DNA of 64,000 nucleotides, taken from IMG/VR virus record IMGVR_UViG_3300032236_001613, positions 1 through 64,000 of that record; one strand, given 5' to 3'. Position numbers and translations under genes: made by a program. Of the stretch, positions 40,944-51,028 are shown one piece after another; position 1 is the first letter of the stretch; every line of letters begins with the position of its first letter. The notes under the pieces were generated by a model. That model made no database searches. It worked only from the letters and a program-made list of their open reading frames with translations, and was not told where the DNA came from.

Positions 40944-41933
40944 ATGAATCTCATACAGTCTACACTTCAGATGGTTTTGCCATCTAAACGAAAAAACACC
41001 AGTGGAGGGTGGGTTTCGTTTAATTCCCCATGCTGCGTTAACCGTGGAGAAACTCGAGATACAAAATTAAGAGGTGGAGTTCTTTTTGAGAGTGACGGGT
41101 TTATCTATCATTGTTTTAATTGTGGGTTTAAAGCAGGGTGGAAGCCCGGTAAAAAACTAAGTAAGAACGCTAAAAATTTATTTAAATGGTGCGGAGTATC
41201 TGATGATGATGTAAATGCTTTGAGCTTTGAAGCATTCCGCAATATTAACAACGACGGAGAACCAATTAAAGAATTGGATCTTACATTAAAAGAAAGATCT
41301 TTACCCAAAGATACTTACTCTTTTGATGTATGGAATAGTTACGGATGTCAAGATGAAAATTTCATAGCTTGTAAGCAATACGTACTTGATAGGGGACTAG
41401 GGCTAGCAGATTATAAATGGCATTGGACGCCCGAACCTGGGTATCAAGATCGTGTTATAATACCCTTCTACCATGATAAGAAAATTGTTGGATATACTGG
41501 TAGAAAGATTTATCCAGGGAAGCCTAAGTATCTATCAGATAGCCAATCGGGGTATGTGTTCAATTTGGATGCTCAAACTTATGACAGAGAATTTGTTATT
41601 GTTGTAGAAGGGCAGATCGACGCAATTGCAATTAGCGGTTGCGCCATTATGACTAACGAACCTAATGAAATACAATGTATGAGAATTAACTCATTAGGTA
41701 AAAAAGTTATTGTGGTGCCTGATAGAGATAAAGCTGGAGCAAAGTTATTAGCTGCTGCAATACAAAATAACTGGGGAATGAGTTTACCTCCGTGGGATGA
41801 AGATATTAAAGACGTTGCAGATGCTGTAAAAAGGTACGGTAAGATTTATACACTTGCCACGATTGTGCACTATCAAGAAGATAATAAGATAAAAATAGAG
41901 TTACAAAAAAAGAAACTGGAGAAACTAACATAA
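40944..41933 (+). CDS. DNA primase (T4 gp61-like)
   Basis: Zn finger (PCC...YHCFNCG), RVIIPF, GR...PKY, TOPRIM VEG.IDA, PDRD.AG; sigma70 promoter TTGACA-17-TAAAAT just upstream. Confidence 0.9.
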   Translation: MNLIQSTLQMVLPSKRKNTSGGWVSFNSPCCVNRGETRDTKLRGGVLFESDGFIYHCFNCGFKAGWKPGKKLSKNAKNLFKWCGVSDDDVNALSFEAFRNINNDGEPIKELDLTLKERSLPKDTYSFDVWNSYGCQDENFIACKQYVLDRGLGLADYKWHWTPEPGYQDRVIIPFYHDKKIVGYTGRKIYPGKPKYLSDSQSGYVFNLDAQTYDREFVIVVEGQIDAIAISGCAIMTNEPNEIQCMRINSLGKKVIVVPDRDKAGAKLLAAAIQNNWGMSLPPWDEDIKDVADAVKRYGKIYTLATIVHYQEDNKIKIELQKKKLEKLT

Positions 41934-43387
41934 TGGATAAAACTGACTACAGCTATACTGTACAACGTTTATACTTAGAACTATTTCTAAGCGATGCGGA
42001 AACTTTTATTCGATGCCAAAATATCTTTGATCCAAAAAACTTTGATCAACGATTGAGAGCAACTGCGACTTTTATAAACGAATATGTAGACAAGTATAAA
42101 GTCATGCCCGAATCACAGATTGTTAATGCTAACTGCAAATCAGATCTGCAACCTATGGAAGTTCCAAAAGAAAACTATGAATGGTTAATGAATGACTTTG
42201 AAAATTTTAGTAGACATAAGGCTCTCGAACGAGCTATTAATGAAAGCGGCGAACTACTTATGTCCGGCGATTATGGCCCAGTAGAAAAGCTAATTAGAGA
42301 TGCTATTCAGATTAGTTTGAGCCGCGATATGGGTACAGACTATTGGTATGATCCGCGTGCTCGCTTAATGAAGCTAAAAGAAAACAATGGACAAATTTCT
42401 ACTGGTTGGCCTACTATGGATAAGAAGCTTTATGGCGGATTTAAGCGTGGTGAATTAGATATCTTTTGTGCAGGATCTGGTGGCGGTAAGAGTTTATTCT
42501 TAGCAAACCTTGCAGTAAACTTTGCAATACAAGGTCTTAATTGTATCTACTTTACTTTCGAGCTAAGTGAAGAACTTGTAGGCATGCGTATCGATAGTAT
42601 GGTTACAGGAACTAGTACTAAGGACATTTTCCGTAACTTAGATGACATCGAAATGAAGGTTCGTATGCTAGGTAAGAAGTCAGGAGGAATTCGTATAAAA
42701 TACCTCCCTTCTGGTAAGAATTGTAACGATTTGAGATCCTTTTTGAAGGAATATCAAGTCAAAACAGGCCATAAACCAGACATTATTTTAGTGGACTACT
42801 TAGACCTTATGATGCCTCTGTCGATCAAGGTAAGTCCAAGCGATCTTTTCGTTAAAGACAAATATGTCAGCGAAGAACTGCGTAATTTAGCTATGGAAAC
42901 ACAAACTGTAGTAGTTACAGCAAGTCAGTTAAATCGAGCAGCAGTTGAAGAAATTGAGTTTGATCATAGTCATATTTCCGGTGGATTAAGTAAGATTATG
43001 ACAGCAGATAACGTTATTGGTATCTTTACAAGCCGGGCTATGAGAGAACGGGGAAGCTATCAAATTCAGTTTATGAAAACACGTAGTAGTAGCGGCGTAG
43101 GCCAAAAGGTTGATTTAGAGTTTAATATCGAAACATTGCGTATTACTGATCCAGGCGAGGACGTTGAATCAAGCTTTAACCAACAACGATCAAATTCTAG
43201 CACTAGTAACATTGTAGAAAAATTTAAAAAGACTAGTACACTTAAGGATAATAATTTTGATAAAGAAACCGGCGAGGTACGAAACCCTGACCCTACTGCT
43301 GGAGTTCCTGTTGGTAAAATAAAAGCTACAACCGATAGCTCTCGTATTAGAGCAATGCTAGCAAATATCAATTCAGAAAAAGATTAA
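41933..43387 (+). CDS. replicative DnaB-family helicase (T4 gp41-like)
   Basis: STGW..D, GSGGGKS, TFELSE, VDYLDL, TASQLNR, K.R. Confidence 0.93.
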   Translation: MDKTDYSYTVQRLYLELFLSDAETFIRCQNIFDPKNFDQRLRATATFINEYVDKYKVMPESQIVNANCKSDLQPMEVPKENYEWLMNDFENFSRHKALERAINESGELLMSGDYGPVEKLIRDAIQISLSRDMGTDYWYDPRARLMKLKENNGQISTGWPTMDKKLYGGFKRGELDIFCAGSGGGKSLFLANLAVNFAIQGLNCIYFTFELSEELVGMRIDSMVTGTSTKDIFRNLDDIEMKVRMLGKKSGGIRIKYLPSGKNCNDLRSFLKEYQVKTGHKPDIILVDYLDLMMPLSIKVSPSDLFVKDKYVSEELRNLAMETQTVVVTASQLNRAAVEEIEFDHSHISGGLSKIMTADNVIGIFTSRAMRERGSYQIQFMKTRSSSGVGQKVDLEFNIETLRITDPGEDVESSFNQQRSNSSTSNIVEKFKKTSTLKDNNFDKETGEVRNPDPTAGVPVGKIKATTDSSRIRAMLANINSEKD

Positions 43388-43396
43388 ATATGTAAT

Positions 43397-44080
43397 ATGT
43401 CAAAATTTGTAACTCCTATAGTAATACATAAAAATCTTAATCTTGCAATTTGGGATAACGATCAATTGCGCCCAGACGTTAGAAAAGCACTACTGCGTAT
43501 TGCTAAGGAGTTCTACAAATTTTTAAAAGTATCCGCACCTATACAGGATATTGTTATATACGGAAGTCAAGCTAATTATAATTTTACATCTAAATCAGAT
43601 CTTGACTTACATATTGTTTTCGATTATAATGCTATTAAATGTGATGAACCAATAGATGCTTTATTCGATACTAAAAGGAAACTTTGGAAAGAACAACACG
43701 ATATTACTATTTACGGAGTTCCAATTGAGTTATATGCAGAAGATATTCGCGTTAAACCCGTAAGTGCAAGCTATAGTGTTTTAAGAAATTCCTGGATAAA
43801 ACATCCTAATATCGATAACATTGAATGGAACAAAAACGAAGTTAAATCATCGGTAAATTTTTGGCAACAACTTATTAATTCAACAATTAAGATACAAGAC
43901 TATCACGTAGCAGAAAAACTGTTAGCTGTTTTAGTAAAGTTTAGAAAGGTTGGCCTTAAACGTAACGGTGAGTTTGGACCAGAGAACTTAACTTTTAAAA
44001 GTTTGAGAAACTCTGGCGACATTGAAAAATTAAATGTTTTTATTAACAAAGTAAAAGATCAAAATTTAAGTTTAGACTAA
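43397..44080 (+). CDS. Pol-beta-superfamily nucleotidyltransferase
   Basis: hGS..NY....SDLDLH motif, IELY; late promoter. Confidence 0.75.
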   Translation: MSKFVTPIVIHKNLNLAIWDNDQLRPDVRKALLRIAKEFYKFLKVSAPIQDIVIYGSQANYNFTSKSDLDLHIVFDYNAIKCDEPIDALFDTKRKLWKEQHDITIYGVPIELYAEDIRVKPVSASYSVLRNSWIKHPNIDNIEWNKNEVKSSVNFWQQLINSTIKIQDYHVAEKLLAVLVKFRKVGLKRNGEFGPENLTFKSLRNSGDIEKLNVFINKVKDQNLSLD

Positions 44081-44088
44081 GGTGTAAT

Positions 44089-44601
44089 GTGAACAAAAGA
44101 ATTTATTTGGATATGGACGGTGTACTAGCTGATTGGAACACCGGAGTTGAAGGTATTCTGGGCTATAGGCGTAAAGATGCAAATGCTCATTACGATCCTA
44201 AAGATTGGGCAAAGGTTAGACAACATCAACGAATGTATCGAGATTTACCTGTAATGCCAGACGCCGAAAGGTTAGCCGATACAGCAAGAAAGTTTAGGGA
44301 TCAGTTAGGATGGGAGTTACTGATACTAACTGCTGTTCCTAAGGATAATGATTTTAAATGGGCATTCTGGGACAAGTTTGTATGGGCAAACAAATACTTT
44401 CCGGATATTCCTGTACACTTTGGGCCATATTCAAAAGATAAACAAAAACATTGTAAGCCCGGTGATATTCTAATTGACGATCGTAAAAGCAACTGCGATG
44501 AGTGGGAAGCAAAAGGCGGTGTTGCAATTAGAGTTACTAACGAACGTGTTGATCTAGCTATCGATGAATTAGAAGCAATGTTTAAAGAGTTAAACCTTTA
44601 G
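44089..44601 (+). CDS. HAD-family 5'(3')-deoxyribonucleotidase
   Basis: LDMDGVLAD, ILTA, K..W, LIDD. Confidence 0.88.
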   Translation: MNKRIYLDMDGVLADWNTGVEGILGYRRKDANAHYDPKDWAKVRQHQRMYRDLPVMPDAERLADTARKFRDQLGWELLILTAVPKDNDFKWAFWDKFVWANKYFPDIPVHFGPYSKDKQKHCKPGDILIDDRKSNCDEWEAKGGVAIRVTNERVDLAIDELEAMFKELNL

Positions 44602-44800
44602 ACAGATCGTTAATCGTTTGAATAGCATCAACGCAGCTGACATGATCAGGATAAATTCCTGTTCCTGTAATACCAGATGGGGACTGCCATCTTAAAAACC
44701 AGGAGTCCCCTATCTCAGCTACTGCAATTAGCCAACCATATTTGTTTAAAATTGGTCCTATACGAAGATGTGGTACTTTTTGAAAATCGTGATCAAACAT
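44582..44800 (-). CDS. hypothetical protein
   Basis: Last ORF of minus-strand operon. Confidence 0.5.
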   Translation of the reverse strand: MFDHDFQKVPHLRIGPILNKYGWLIAVAEIGDSWFLRWQSPSGITGTGIYPDHVSCVDAIQTINDLSKGLTL

Positions 44801-44806
44801 TAATCT

Positions 44807-46168
44807 TTATGACTCGTCGTTAGGTGTTTCCGTTTCTTCTTCATTTGATTCGCCGTCGCTAGCAGGACGTTTCTTTTTAGTCATCCACCCTGCATCTATA
44901 AATTTCTGTAATTTTTTAATTTCTTCGTCAACATCATAAGTTTTTATTTTTGTATCTGAAGTTTGCAATGTAGGATCTTCGGAATTAGTTTTCATATACT
45001 CTTCAATTTCCGATTTTTGATTTTTTAATCCAGTGACTAAATCATAATAAAGGTAAGGATATTTTTCTTTGATCATTTCTTTATTAGGAGGCACATCGGC
45101 GATGTTCATAAAGTATGGTCCGCCTGCATCAAACTGATATCTTTCTTTTCCAACAATCTCTCTATCAACTCCAGCTTTTTTAATATTTTCTTCTGAAGGG
45201 TCGTAAGGATTTAATTGGAAAATCATTGCTCTAGAAGAATAATTATCAAAGTGCCCAGCATAGCTACTATTTGCTGTGCACCATGTTGTACCTAATCCCA
45301 TAGCAACATTAGCAGCTCGATTAAGTGTAGTATATATTTTATAATCGTTATTATCAACAATAATAAAAGCACGTACTGAACGTCTCATCGCAAGCACACG
45401 CATTTTTTCGTTATAGTCTTTTAATATCTGTTCATAATGGTATACTAAGTAAAATCCTAAATCTCTTATACTATCAAATTTTCCTAAATCTGTATGATTA
45501 GCATCAAGCATATTTCTATTTTTTAAGAAGTACCATTTGCTAAGATTCATATTTAACGTACCGGTTATGTCTTCCCAGTTGTGAGCACCTTTGATATATT
45601 TTTCAACAATCCATTTGCTATTAACACCATCTCGAGAATAAGGATTACCTTCGTAGCCAGTCTGTTCAATACGATCGAGATTTGATAAAAACCAATGCGC
45701 AATTTCTTGATCAGTAGCTTTAGGAATCGCTACAGTTGTTGATGGTAATGTTCGAGGAATGTTAGCTTCCTCATGCTTAGTTTTCAAGTTTTCAAATTCA
45801 GGTAGTTTCTTTAGATCATTTTCAACTTGATTAGGTTTTAATCTAAATTGTAGTCCTATTTTATCAAACTTTACTCCACTAGCATATAAGTCAGCCATTT
45901 GCTTCAAACGTTCGGCCTGTGTGTTAGCGACCTTAATTGGACGATCGATCTTTTTTGATTGCGCAGGCGGAGGAGTGTATCCGTTTACTTTTTTTATAAA
46001 ATCTGAAGGAAATGATACGGGATTGTTTTTAATATCTAATCTTACAGCATCGGCTAACTTTTGAACGAGGTTTTTATTACTAAAAACATATTGGCTCCCC
46101 TTTGTAAGAGGAGCAAACTCTTCTGTTAAAAAACTTTCTACTAAATCAATAAGATACCGTATATTCAT
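44807..46168 (-). CDS. putative virion-packaged protein with GTxWCT domain
   Basis: MNIRYLIDLVESFLTEE N-tag; GLGTTWCTA...F..Y...RYQF motif. Confidence 0.55.
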   Translation of the reverse strand: MNIRYLIDLVESFLTEEFAPLTKGSQYVFSNKNLVQKLADAVRLDIKNNPVSFPSDFIKKVNGYTPPPAQSKKIDRPIKVANTQAERLKQMADLYASGVKFDKIGLQFRLKPNQVENDLKKLPEFENLKTKHEEANIPRTLPSTTVAIPKATDQEIAHWFLSNLDRIEQTGYEGNPYSRDGVNSKWIVEKYIKGAHNWEDITGTLNMNLSKWYFLKNRNMLDANHTDLGKFDSIRDLGFYLVYHYEQILKDYNEKMRVLAMRRSVRAFIIVDNNDYKIYTTLNRAANVAMGLGTTWCTANSSYAGHFDNYSSRAMIFQLNPYDPSEENIKKAGVDREIVGKERYQFDAGGPYFMNIADVPPNKEMIKEKYPYLYYDLVTGLKNQKSEIEEYMKTNSEDPTLQTSDTKIKTYDVDEEIKKLQKFIDAGWMTKKKRPASDGESNEEETETPNDES

Positions 46169-46173
46169 AGATA

Positions 46174-48240
46174 TTAATACTGGCTAGGATTTAATAAAGA
46201 ACTTCTAATAGCATCTAATATAGGTTTAAGTCCGGTTGCACTTCCTTTAGCAAGATCATACATGAATTCTGCTTTTTCTTGATCGTTCATACCTGACATA
46301 GCCGAATTAAACGCTCTATCCACAATTAATCTTAACGGACTATTATAGGAGGATACATCAAGATCACTAGTAGTGTTTAGTGCCGCTATAAATTTTTTAA
46401 TTTTTGCACCGAGTGAAGAAGCTGTCTGTGCATCATCGTAATTCTGTGCAGCATTAGCTCTATGAATTCTTGCGTTAACAACACTAATAGCATTATGACC
46501 TAATTTTGTAAGAACTGGGCGTATTCTATTAATTACAGCTGCTTTGTCTCGATCGAGATTGAGATTTTTACTAACATCAGGACGTCGTGAAGACATTTTT
46601 TCTCTGTCAACTGCACCTCTAGCAATCCACATCTGTTCTAAAGTACCTAATTGTTCTCTTAAAAGATCGAATGTATTTGGTGCACGAGGATCTGGTCTAT
46701 TTGGAATTCCCATTCTTGCTCTCATTACGCGAGGATCAACATCTCTATCAACTTCGTCGTCGTCACCGGAAAGTCTAAACAACTCAGGGTTAACTTCCTC
46801 ACCACCTTTATAAGCAAGAATCTGGAAAGGCATAGTATTGTCTCTAGCTGGATTGTATTCTTCTCTTCTTTGTGCAGCAGCCTTTGACATACGTTCGATA
46901 TGTTTCTTATCTGGTTTAACTGCAGCCATTCCGTCTCTATAGACTAAAATAACGAAATTGTCAGGATTTGATTTAAATTCCTGATTCATTAATCGTAAGC
47001 TAATGTTGTGCTTTTCGTATGGTGCTTCAGCACTAAGTTTATTACGACGGTGTAAGAAACGAATTAGATACTGACCACTTTTTCTTTGTGTTTGGCTAAG
47101 TCCAGTTTCGGGATCGCCTAGCATTTGAGTTAAAGTACTGGATTCATTAATCATAATCGATTCGATTAATTCTTCGTTCCATACTTTAAATGCTTCTTGT
47201 TCAATGCTTTCGAAAACTTGTTCTTTAGCATATTTGACTTTAAAATTCTTAAACTGCTCTGTTAAGTAGCTGGAGTTTTTCATTTTCATTTCGGTTGACT
47301 CTCTTCTTGGTAATCTTGGGCGGTCTTGGCCAATAGATCTATTGTCGTTGCCACCTCTGTTATTATTTCTACTATCCGCTTCGGGCCATGCGTAAATGTA
47401 ATAGCCCATTAAGTTATTATCCATAAAATCACGTACAACGTGGAATCGTATTCCCATTGCAGAGTATTCTCTTATTTCTGCTCTATATCCAGGGATGTTA
47501 GGATGTTCTACACCCGGATCACCTAGACGCTGTGCATTGTTTTCTAACCATCGACCAACTTGTTGCATTTCAGCCATTGATGTAAAGTTATCAGCACCTG
47601 CTCCTGGTCCTTGTGGATTAAACCCACCAGGTCCACCACGATGCCCAATCATCTGCTGCATACCGGGCTGATTGAGATGCGCAATCACTGTAATATCTTC
47701 AATTGGTGTTCTTGTTAACTGTCCAAAATGCTGGCGTCCAATAACACGCACTGCATTTTTCATATATCCAGGTAGATTTCTAACCTGATGCCATTCGATT
47801 TCACCGCCAGGTACAGTAACTTCTCTGTGTAGTATGTCTGGTAAAGTATTTGGCTCTACAGGTACTTCAGGCTCACCATACCCAGGATCATTAGCTCTAG
47901 GAGCTAACTCTGCATCGGGAATCTCGTCCTGCCCTACATCTAGCTGATCAATACGGCCAAGGTAATCACGCATTTGATCGTTAGGGTTTAGTCTTACATT
48001 GCGTGTACGTTCAGCACTGGCACGATTTAACTCAGCACGACCTCCTGCAGGAGCATCCTTTTTAGCAGGTTCCGAAGCTGCGGGCTCTGATTTCGCCGGG
48101 GCATTTTTAACGCCACCTACAACATCATTAAAATCATCAAACTCGGGAAACGGATTTATTTTTACCCGAGGTTTTTCAGCAGTAGGTTTAGCAGATGTGC
48201 TATCCGGTGCTTTCTTCTTTTTGTCATCATTATCAGGCAT
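46174..48240 (-). CDS. large multi-segment late protein, probably virion internal
   Basis: Late promoter upstream; Pro/Asp-rich N-part; central YLTE/ESIE/LIES/MINE cluster. Confidence 0.5.
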   Translation of the reverse strand: MPDNDDKKKKAPDSTSAKPTAEKPRVKINPFPEFDDFNDVVGGVKNAPAKSEPAASEPAKKDAPAGGRAELNRASAERTRNVRLNPNDQMRDYLGRIDQLDVGQDEIPDAELAPRANDPGYGEPEVPVEPNTLPDILHREVTVPGGEIEWHQVRNLPGYMKNAVRVIGRQHFGQLTRTPIEDITVIAHLNQPGMQQMIGHRGGPGGFNPQGPGAGADNFTSMAEMQQVGRWLENNAQRLGDPGVEHPNIPGYRAEIREYSAMGIRFHVVRDFMDNNLMGYYIYAWPEADSRNNNRGGNDNRSIGQDRPRLPRRESTEMKMKNSSYLTEQFKNFKVKYAKEQVFESIEQEAFKVWNEELIESIMINESSTLTQMLGDPETGLSQTQRKSGQYLIRFLHRRNKLSAEAPYEKHNISLRLMNQEFKSNPDNFVILVYRDGMAAVKPDKKHIERMSKAAAQRREEYNPARDNTMPFQILAYKGGEEVNPELFRLSGDDDEVDRDVDPRVMRARMGIPNRPDPRAPNTFDLLREQLGTLEQMWIARGAVDREKMSSRRPDVSKNLNLDRDKAAVINRIRPVLTKLGHNAISVVNARIHRANAAQNYDDAQTASSLGAKIKKFIAALNTTSDLDVSSYNSPLRLIVDRAFNSAMSGMNDQEKAEFMYDLAKGSATGLKPILDAIRSSLLNPSQY

Positions 48241-48299
48241 TAAAAACCCCTAAAATGTTTTATTAATTATTTATCAAGGTCGTTCTAATAAATATTACT

Positions 48300-48755
48300 A
48301 TGCAAATACAAGAACTGCTATTAGAACTTGCTGATCAACCCTACGACTATCGATTAATCTTCCAAGATCAAACCTTGCACAAATATCGATTTTATAACGA
48401 AAAAAAGTTAATGTATTATGTATTTGTTGATAGATTACAAGAAAATCAAGTACCATACCTAGCAGTAATGTTTCAACAAGTAGATCCTAACGATTTGTGG
48501 TACTCGGGGGATAAAGTTACCGGAACAGGCGATGCTTATCGAGTATTTGCTACTGTAGCTAAAATTATTAACGATGATATAGCCAAGTACGGAGCCGAAG
48601 GACAAATGATATTTGCAGGAGAGGGCGAAAGTAGAAATAAACTCTACGATCGCATAGCTAAAAACCTAAGCCGTTATGTACCTATGTATCAACTAGATCA
48701 TGTTGAAACCGAAGGACCTACTCATGTCTACCACTTTAACAAAATCAATAAATGA
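48300..48755 (+). CDS. putative virion-packaged protein
   Basis: MQIQELLLE N-tag; TGTGDA.RVFATV...SR.KLY.R motif. Confidence 0.55.
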   Translation: MQIQELLLELADQPYDYRLIFQDQTLHKYRFYNEKKLMYYVFVDRLQENQVPYLAVMFQQVDPNDLWYSGDKVTGTGDAYRVFATVAKIINDDIAKYGAEGQMIFAGEGESRNKLYDRIAKNLSRYVPMYQLDHVETEGPTHVYHFNKINK

Positions 48756-48969
48756 TCTCAAAATCGGCCAATTAGCAATAATCAAATATTCCTCTAACGT
48801 ATCATTAAACGAATTAGGATTCTTATCAGGTGAACATGTAAAAGTTATAGCTAGAGCTGCCTTTAATGGTCCTACCGCTGTTAGAGTCGGTACTAGCGTA
48901 TTTGCTTTACGTAAAGAAGAAGCTGAGACAATTAGAGTCTATAACGTCCTACACGATAAACGTTCTTAG
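48724..48969 (+). CDS. feoA: FeoA-family SH3-like protein
   Basis: LKIGQ.A.I...L.ELGFLSGE.VKVI.RA.F.GP..VRV....FALRKEEA..I.V. Confidence 0.8.
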   Translation: MSTTLTKSINDLKIGQLAIIKYSSNVSLNELGFLSGEHVKVIARAAFNGPTAVRVGTSVFALRKEEAETIRVYNVLHDKRS

Positions 48970-49165
48970 CACCCTTTATCGGACTACCTGTAGAAATAGC
49001 ACGACCTACGTCGTTAAAGTCTACTCCTTTCTTTGTACACCAGTCTTGTAAATCGTTAATAATATACTGCTTAACAGTTTTCGTAGGATTTTTAGAATTA
49101 CAGACTTTGATCAAATACGGTAATGTGCGATCAGCATCTTCAATAAGCTTAATATATTCTCTCAT
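48932..49165 (-). CDS. small protein, stand-alone copy of C-terminal module of 49175..49972
   Basis: Shared KQY...DL..W...KGVD......TG....GAKNVYRVGRYRL. Confidence 0.7.
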   Translation of the reverse strand: MREYIKLIEDADRTLPYLIKVCNSKNPTKTVKQYIINDLQDWCTKKGVDFNDVGRAISTGSPIKGAKNVYRVGRYRL

Positions 49166-49174
49166 AACAATTCC

Positions 49175-49972
49175 TTATAATCTATAACGTCCTACACGAT
49201 AAACATTCTTAGCACCACGAACAGTTTCTCCTGTTCCTAATGCTCTTATTGCAGCTTGTAAGTCTACACCCTTGCTGTTAGCCCAGGCTTCTAAATCCTG
49301 CACTACATACTGTTTACCGCTTAATCGAGAAGTATTACGAGGATTGCAGATCTGTATAAGATACCCATTATGTCCTCGATCAACGACCTTATACTCTTTA
49401 ATACTTGAACCTTTCAATTTTCGATAATCATCAGCACCCCAACTTACTTCACTATCATCGTGAGGAGTTTGATCAACTTTTACTGGGATGTTTAATTTTC
49501 GGCATTGAGACTGAAATCTTTTTAAATGTCCTCGTAATCCTCGAGTATTCCAATCCTCTTGTTTTATCCAAACTTCTTTAACGCAGCTTAATGGTATATC
49601 TCCCATGGCTCTTTCTTCTTCTTCGGAGCTATGACCGCCGGGGGCTATCTGTAGATTGTCAGGATCGTAATCACTTAATACTTCCCAGTTGAACGGTAGT
49701 ATTTTAACACGATGCCTTAATTTATTTTGATCTATAACAAAGGTAACATGTGCTGTACTTTTATCGGCCCAAAGATTAACTGCGTTCCAGTTTATATTAC
49801 TAAACCATAATCGAGGATTTCTAGTTAAACTGACACTGGTATGCGCTATAACACCGTCGTTTGAAAATGCTTTTATAAAACCAGATTTTAGTATTTCAAA
49901 AGCATTGTTTAAAGTAGTGCCATGATATAAATCTTGACGATTGTTTTCTAATAATAATTCATTTAGACGCAT
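49175..49972 (-). CDS. putative ADP-ribosyltransferase-fold protein
   Basis: LYHGT...I..SG, VSLTR, EEEE: H-S-E ART-like motif order; MRLNELLLE N-tag. Confidence 0.6.
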   Translation of the reverse strand: MRLNELLLENNRQDLYHGTTLNNAFEILKSGFIKAFSNDGVIAHTSVSLTRNPRLWFSNINWNAVNLWADKSTAHVTFVIDQNKLRHRVKILPFNWEVLSDYDPDNLQIAPGGHSSEEEERAMGDIPLSCVKEVWIKQEDWNTRGLRGHLKRFQSQCRKLNIPVKVDQTPHDDSEVSWGADDYRKLKGSSIKEYKVVDRGHNGYLIQICNPRNTSRLSGKQYVVQDLEAWANSKGVDLQAAIRALGTGETVRGAKNVYRVGRYRL

Positions 49973-49984
49973 AATAGATATTTA

Positions 49985-51025
49985 TTAATTGCGTCTGCCT
50001 ACACGCTCTACAGCGTTTTCAATATACTCTTCAATATCCTGATCACTATAACCTAATAACTGCCCGGCTCGTCGATGCGCCTGCTGCCAAAGACGACTAG
50101 TAGGATTATAAGTTCTATAGACATTACTAGATGTTATCTCTAAAAACTCTTTAACATCAGCTTCATGCCCGGGTAATGCTACAATAAAACGCATAAACCC
50201 ATTGAGAAGATACTGATGTATGATCCAACCGGAGTTCTGTACTAGTTCAGCAATACGCCGTCTATGCGGGGCAAACTCCTGAACGTCAAACCAAGCTAAG
50301 GGCTTTTCTCCTGCTAGCATTAACCGAAACTCTTTACCCACATGAGGCCCTATGGTTTCGTTGACACTAGATCTAAATCCTGTATAAGCATACGGATCGT
50401 TGATCACAGGCACATTACCTCTCCATAAGAGATTACCACCTATATAGTCAAAATCATCACAACTGTGCTGGCTACAAACTAACTGCTCAGTTTCAAAGAA
50501 CTTATCCCACATAGATCCAAATGGCTCAGATAGTGCAATCACTTGCTCAAGCTTCTTTCTTAAAGGCGCTTCCTTACCTAAACTCTTTAAGTGTATTTTC
50601 ATCTTGTCAATAATGGATATCTTATCACCTGAATTAACATATCTGTCCGATGGAGACTCCTGTTCAGCATAATCAGCCATAAAGTTTAGAGCACGCTTTA
50701 ATCCACGCTGCTCGGGCAGCTCATCTAACTGTTCGGTAGGTAGCCCTATATACTCTTGCCCATCTACTGTAAACTTACGCGGTGTACCAAATCTGGGTAC
50801 ATAAGGATTATTAATACGCTTGGCTACGCGATAAAATTCTAAAGGATCAAAGGTTAATCTACTGGAAAACTCTATACCAGGATATCTAGTACCATAAACT
50901 TTGAATAACCCACCATGCGGACTAAGAAAAACTGCAGCATAGCTACCCTCACCTACATAGGTATAACCGCGAGAAGTTAGAAATTCTTTAAGCTGATCTC
51001 TAGTGATTACTTCATATATACGCAT
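49985..51025 (-). CDS. protein-kinase-like domain fused to second domain
   Basis: VGEGSYAAVF, FKV, P.F, E.L, D...GNL, V.NDP; after SVNE a second domain ending GQLLGYSDQDIEEY. Confidence 0.6.
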   Translation of the reverse strand: MRIYEVITRDQLKEFLTSRGYTYVGEGSYAAVFLSPHGGLFKVYGTRYPGIEFSSRLTFDPLEFYRVAKRINNPYVPRFGTPRKFTVDGQEYIGLPTEQLDELPEQRGLKRALNFMADYAEQESPSDRYVNSGDKISIIDKMKIHLKSLGKEAPLRKKLEQVIALSEPFGSMWDKFFETEQLVCSQHSCDDFDYIGGNLLWRGNVPVINDPYAYTGFRSSVNETIGPHVGKEFRLMLAGEKPLAWFDVQEFAPHRRRIAELVQNSGWIIHQYLLNGFMRFIVALPGHEADVKEFLEITSSNVYRTYNPTSRLWQQAHRRAGQLLGYSDQDIEEYIENAVERVGRRN

Positions 51026-51028
51026 ATA

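Noticed and set aside
2008-43371. Many antisense or alternate-frame ORFs in the track (e.g. 3380..3688, 24487..25092, 26129..26755, 31094..31486)
   Set aside because: They shadow well-supported genes and lack SD, promoter or recognisable motifs
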